Origin: an uncultured candidatus Porisulfidus sp.
GTDB lineage: Bacteria > Pseudomonadota > Gammaproteobacteria > Poriferisulfidales > Oxydemutatoraceae
DNA length: 64,000 nucleotides
Direction: 5' to 3'
Assembly (NCBI GenBank): GCA_965200865.1
Contig: CBDAVG010000002.1
Location: 1,903,337-1,967,336 of the forward strand
In this document: one piece after another, positions 60,096 to 64,000 of the stretch
Layout of the letters: each line of letters opens with the position of its first letter
Position numbering within the stretch: position 1 is the first letter of the stretch
Notes under the pieces: model-generated
Database searches by the model: none
What the model saw: the letters and a program-made list of their open reading frames with translations, nothing else
What the model was told of the DNA's origin: nothing
Made by a program: the position numbers and the translations under genes

Positions 60096-62855
60096 TTGAG
60101 TAATATCCTTAAATCTATTAGTAATTTTTATAAGTTTGTTAAAAAATCAACTTACCATAACAAAGATCGCGCCAAAGGCGAAATGGGAGGTTATAAAGAG
60201 GCAATTGCAGATTTAAATAAAAAGATCAAACTAGATCCGAAGGCTGCTAATACTTACTTTAACAGAGGGGTTGATAAATATAAAATGGCAGACTACAAAG
60301 GGGCAATTTCGGCCTTGAACAAAGCGATTGAACTGGACTCGAATCATGCTGATGCTTACTGGTTTAGAGGTTCTACTAAACATAAAATGAAAGACTGCAA
60401 AGGGGCAATTGCAGACTTTGACAAAGTAATTGGACTAGACCCGAATCATGCTATGGCTTATCATGGTAGAAGTTTTGTTAAATATACAATAGGAGACTAT
60501 AAGGGAGCGATTGCAGATTTAAATAAAAAAATTGAACTAGACCCAAAGGATGCTGACTCTTATAAAGAGACAATACAAAATATTAAAAGGGAAGTAAAGG
60601 ATGTATATAAAAGAGGTCTTTATAAACTTAAAGTGGAAGATTATACAGGAGCAATTGCAGACTTGGACATAGCCATTGAACTAGAAATAAATCATGCTGT
60701 TGCTTATCATGGTAGAGGTTTTGCTAAAAGTAAAACAGGAGACCCCAAAGGGGCGATTGCAGACTTGGACATAGCCATTGAACTAAATTCAAAATCTGCT
60801 AATGCCTACCACAGCAGAGGCATTTCTAAATATACAATAGGAGACTACGAGGGAGCGATTGCCGACTATGACAAAGCTATTGAACTAAAGCCGAATTATG
60901 CTGATGCTTACCATAACAGAGGCATTGCTGAGAGTAGCATAGGAAACCTCAAAAGGGCAGTTGCAGACCTGGACATAGCGATTGAACTAAATCCAGCGTA
61001 TGCTAATGCCTACCATAGTAGAGGCGTTGCTAAATATAATTTAGGAGACTACGAGAAAGCAATTGCCGACTATGACAAGGCAACTGAACTAGACCCACAT
61101 CATGCTGGCACCTACTATAGTAAAGGCATTGCTAAAAGTGCAATAGAGGACTATGAGGGGGCGATTGCAGACTTGGACAAAGCGACTGAACTAAACCCAG
61201 CATCTGCTAATACTTATAAAGAAACAATACAAAGTATTAAAGAGAAAAAGATATATAAAAGAGGCATTTCTAAACTTGCAATAGAAGACTATAAGGGAGC
61301 AATTGCAGACTTGGACAAAGCGATTGAACTAGACTCGAAGCATGTTGTTGCTTACGGTAGTAGGGGCATGGCTAAAAGCGAAATCGGAGACCACAAGGGG
61401 GCGATTGCAGACTTGGACAAAGCGATTGAACTAGACCCGAAACATGCTATTACTTACAGTAGTAGAGGCACCGCTAAAAGCAAAATAGGAGACTATAAGG
61501 GAGCGATTGCAGACTACGACATAGCGATTCAACTAGATCCGAAGCATGTTACTGCTTACGGTTGTAGAGGCATGGCTAAAAGCGAAATCGGAGACTACAA
61601 GGGGGCGATTGCAGACTACAGCATGGCGATTGAACTAGAACCGAAGGATCCTGTTGCTTACAACAGTAGAGGCATGGCTAAAAGTGTAATAGAAGACTAT
61701 GAGGAGGCGATTGCAGACTTTGACAAAGCAATAAAACTTGACCCGAAACATGCTGCTGCTTACGGTAGTAGAGGTATTGCTAAAAGCAAAATAGGGGACT
61801 ATAGGGAGGCAATTGCAGACTTTGATATGGCGATTGAACTAGAACCGAGGGATGCTGTTGCTTACAGTAATAGAGGTATTGCCAAAAGTATAATAGAAGA
61901 CTATGAGGGGGCAGTTGCAGATCTAAACAAAGCGACTGAACTAAATCCAGAATCTGCTAATGCTTATAAAGAAACAATACAAAGTATTAAAAAGGAGGCG
62001 GCTAAACTAAATCCAGCGTCTGCTGATGCCTACCATAACAGAGGTTCTTCTAAATATAAAGTAGGAGATTACAATGGGGCGATTGTAGACTACGACAAAG
62101 CGATTGAGCTAGACCCGAAGCATGCCGTCGCTTACTATAGCAGAGGCGTTGCTGAGGGTAGAATAGGAAACCACAAAAAGGCGATTGCAGACTTCGATAA
62201 AGCAATTGAACTAGACCCGAATCATGCTGCTTACGATAGCAGAAGTTTTGCTAAATATAAAATAGGAGATTATGAGGGAGCGGTTGCAGATCTAAACAAA
62301 GCGACTGAACTAAATCCAGCGTATGCTAATGCTTATAAAGAAGCAATACAAGTTATTAAAAAGGAGGCGACTGAACCAAATCCAACATCTGCTAATGACT
62401 ACCATAGCAGAGGTTCCGCTAGATATAAAATAGGGCACTATGAGGAAGCGATTACAGACTACGACAAGGCGATTGAATTAGATCCGAATTATGCTGTCGC
62501 TTACCATAACAGAGGTTTTGCTAAACATAACATAGGAGACTATGAGGGGGCGGTTGCGGACTACGACAAGGCGATTGAACTAGATCCGAATCATGCCGTC
62601 GCTTACAATAGCAGAGGTTTTGCTAAATATAGAATGGGAGACTATGATGGAATGATCTCAGACTTAGACAAAATGATTGAACTAACCCCTCTGTTTGCCG
62701 CCGCCTACCATAGCAGAGGTTTTGCTAGACATAAAATGGGAGACCAGAAGGGGGCGATTGCGGATTTGAACAGGGCAATTGAACTAGACCCGAAAAATGC
62801 AGATCATTATGGAGAATTAATGAAGGATGCTAAAGAAAAACTTTATAATCCTTAA
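60096..62855 (+). CDS. Large TPR protein (more than 20 repeats)
   Basis: Continuous 34-aa TPRs with recurring YKETIQ.IK linkers. Confidence 0.93.
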   Translation: MSNILKSISNFYKFVKKSTYHNKDRAKGEMGGYKEAIADLNKKIKLDPKAANTYFNRGVDKYKMADYKGAISALNKAIELDSNHADAYWFRGSTKHKMKDCKGAIADFDKVIGLDPNHAMAYHGRSFVKYTIGDYKGAIADLNKKIELDPKDADSYKETIQNIKREVKDVYKRGLYKLKVEDYTGAIADLDIAIELEINHAVAYHGRGFAKSKTGDPKGAIADLDIAIELNSKSANAYHSRGISKYTIGDYEGAIADYDKAIELKPNYADAYHNRGIAESSIGNLKRAVADLDIAIELNPAYANAYHSRGVAKYNLGDYEKAIADYDKATELDPHHAGTYYSKGIAKSAIEDYEGAIADLDKATELNPASANTYKETIQSIKEKKIYKRGISKLAIEDYKGAIADLDKAIELDSKHVVAYGSRGMAKSEIGDHKGAIADLDKAIELDPKHAITYSSRGTAKSKIGDYKGAIADYDIAIQLDPKHVTAYGCRGMAKSEIGDYKGAIADYSMAIELEPKDPVAYNSRGMAKSVIEDYEEAIADFDKAIKLDPKHAAAYGSRGIAKSKIGDYREAIADFDMAIELEPRDAVAYSNRGIAKSIIEDYEGAVADLNKATELNPESANAYKETIQSIKKEAAKLNPASADAYHNRGSSKYKVGDYNGAIVDYDKAIELDPKHAVAYYSRGVAEGRIGNHKKAIADFDKAIELDPNHAAYDSRSFAKYKIGDYEGAVADLNKATELNPAYANAYKEAIQVIKKEATEPNPTSANDYHSRGSARYKIGHYEEAITDYDKAIELDPNYAVAYHNRGFAKHNIGDYEGAVADYDKAIELDPNHAVAYNSRGFAKYRMGDYDGMISDLDKMIELTPLFAAAYHSRGFARHKMGDQKGAIADLNRAIELDPKNADHYGELMKDAKEKLYNP

Positions 62856-62920
62856 CTTTAAACTTACACAATTTAGATTACAGGCTCAAAGCATGGAACA
62901 TGACTATAGGATCTATTAAA

Positions 62921-64000
62921 TTGAGTAATATTCTTAAATCTATTTGTGATTTTTATAGTGCAAAAAAGTTTTTTGCCGTTTTAATCGTACTTCTTGTCTT
63001 ATCAGTATTCATTAATTCTTTTATCTTTTTTGGGGCAGGAGCCTTCATAGCCACAGCATTGTACATAACTTGTAAGTTGACTAATACTAATACTTACCTT
63101 AGCACGGGTGTTGCTAAACATGCAATAGGAGACTATGAAGGAGCGATTGCAAACTTGGATAAAGCAATTGAACTAGATCCGAATCATGCTGGTGCTTACC
63201 GTAGTAGAAGTTCTGCTAAAGATGCAATAGGAGACTATCAAGGAGCGATTGCAGACTTGAACAACGCAATTGAACTAGATCCGAATCATGTTGTTGCTCA
63301 CCTTTGGAGAGGTTCTGATAAACATAAAATAGGAGACTATAGGGGGGCGATTATAGATTACGATAAAGCGATTCAATTTGACCCAAAGAATGTTTATGCT
63401 TACGGTCTCAGAGGCATTTCTAAAAATGAAATGGGAGACTACAAGGGGGCGATTGCAGACTACGACAGAGCGATTGAACTAGAACCGAATCGTGCTGTTG
63501 CTTACGGTAGCAGAGGCACCGCTAAAAGTGAAATAGGAGATTATGAAGGGGCGATTGCAGACTTCAACAAGGCAATTGAACTAGATCCGAAGGATGCTCA
63601 TTTTTATAAAGAAAAAATACAAAATATTAAAAATGATGTACATAAAAGAGGTTCTTCTAAATTTGAAACGAAAGATGATAAGGAGGCGATTATAGACTTA
63701 GGCGAAGTGACTGAACTAGACCGCAAGAATGCTGATGCTTACGGTGAGCAAGGTTTTGCTAAAGTTGAAATAGGAGACTACAAGGGAGCGATTGCAGACT
63801 TTGACAAAGCAATTAAACTAGACCCAAATTGTGCTGCTGCTTACGCTAGTAGAGGCTTTGCTAAAAGTGAAATAGGAGACTACAAGGGGGCGATTGCAGA
63901 CTTGGATAAAGCGATTGAACTAGACCTCAATCATGCTGTCGCTTACTGTGGTAGAGGCATTGCTAAAAATAAAATAGGAGACTACAAGGGGGCGATTGCA
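62921..64000 (+). CDS. Membrane-anchored TPR protein, runs off the window end
   Basis: TTG 62921 gives MSNILKSICDFYSAKKFFAVLIVLLVLSVF..., paralogous to 55573-56487, followed by TPRs. Confidence 0.9.
   Translation, partial: MSNILKSICDFYSAKKFFAVLIVLLVLSVFINSFIFFGAGAFIATALYITCKLTNTNTYLSTGVAKHAIGDYEGAIANLDKAIELDPNHAGAYRSRSSAKDAIGDYQGAIADLNNAIELDPNHVVAHLWRGSDKHKIGDYRGAIIDYDKAIQFDPKNVYAYGLRGISKNEMGDYKGAIADYDRAIELEPNRAVAYGSRGTAKSEIGDYEGAIADFNKAIELDPKDAHFYKEKIQNIKNDVHKRGSSKFETKDDKEAIIDLGEVTELDRKNADAYGEQGFAKVEIGDYKGAIADFDKAIKLDPNCAAAYASRGFAKSEIGDYKGAIADLDKAIELDLNHAVAYCGRGIAKNKIGDYKGAIA

Overview
Chromosomal window from a gammaproteobacterium whose gene content (TPR, Sel1 and cadherin-like proteins, a T3SS, expanded glycosyltransferases) suggests a host-associated symbiont; that lifestyle is inferred. 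Housekeeping blocks (rpsU-yqeY-rpoH-mnmG-rsmG-parAB; hslVU-ubiEJB-uvrD; TRAP transporter; thrB) alternate with accessory blocks: a kexin-like S8 protease with Ig/cadherin repeats, a cytochrome c/cadherin fusion, a partial T3SS containing a PP2C/anti-sigma-kinase sensor, six GT25 paralogs, and a 46.7-64 kb array of TPR/Sel1 cassettes mixed with broken atpG/atpD copies. Most larger intergenic gaps hold a modular MITE that has IS1182-type ends and carries GTAG REP-like hairpins; an IS1182, an IS1111 and an IS110 all sit in those hairpins. Top candidates for novelty: (1) a four-copy promoter-small RNA-terminator unit, one copy directly upstream of a NYN-domain nuclease gene, resembling a type III toxin-antitoxin layout; (2) two identically truncated atpG'-atpD' fragments that differ mostly at synonymous sites; (3) bridge-RNA guide segments readable by eye in the IS1111 and IS110. 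All calls were made by eye, with no database searches.
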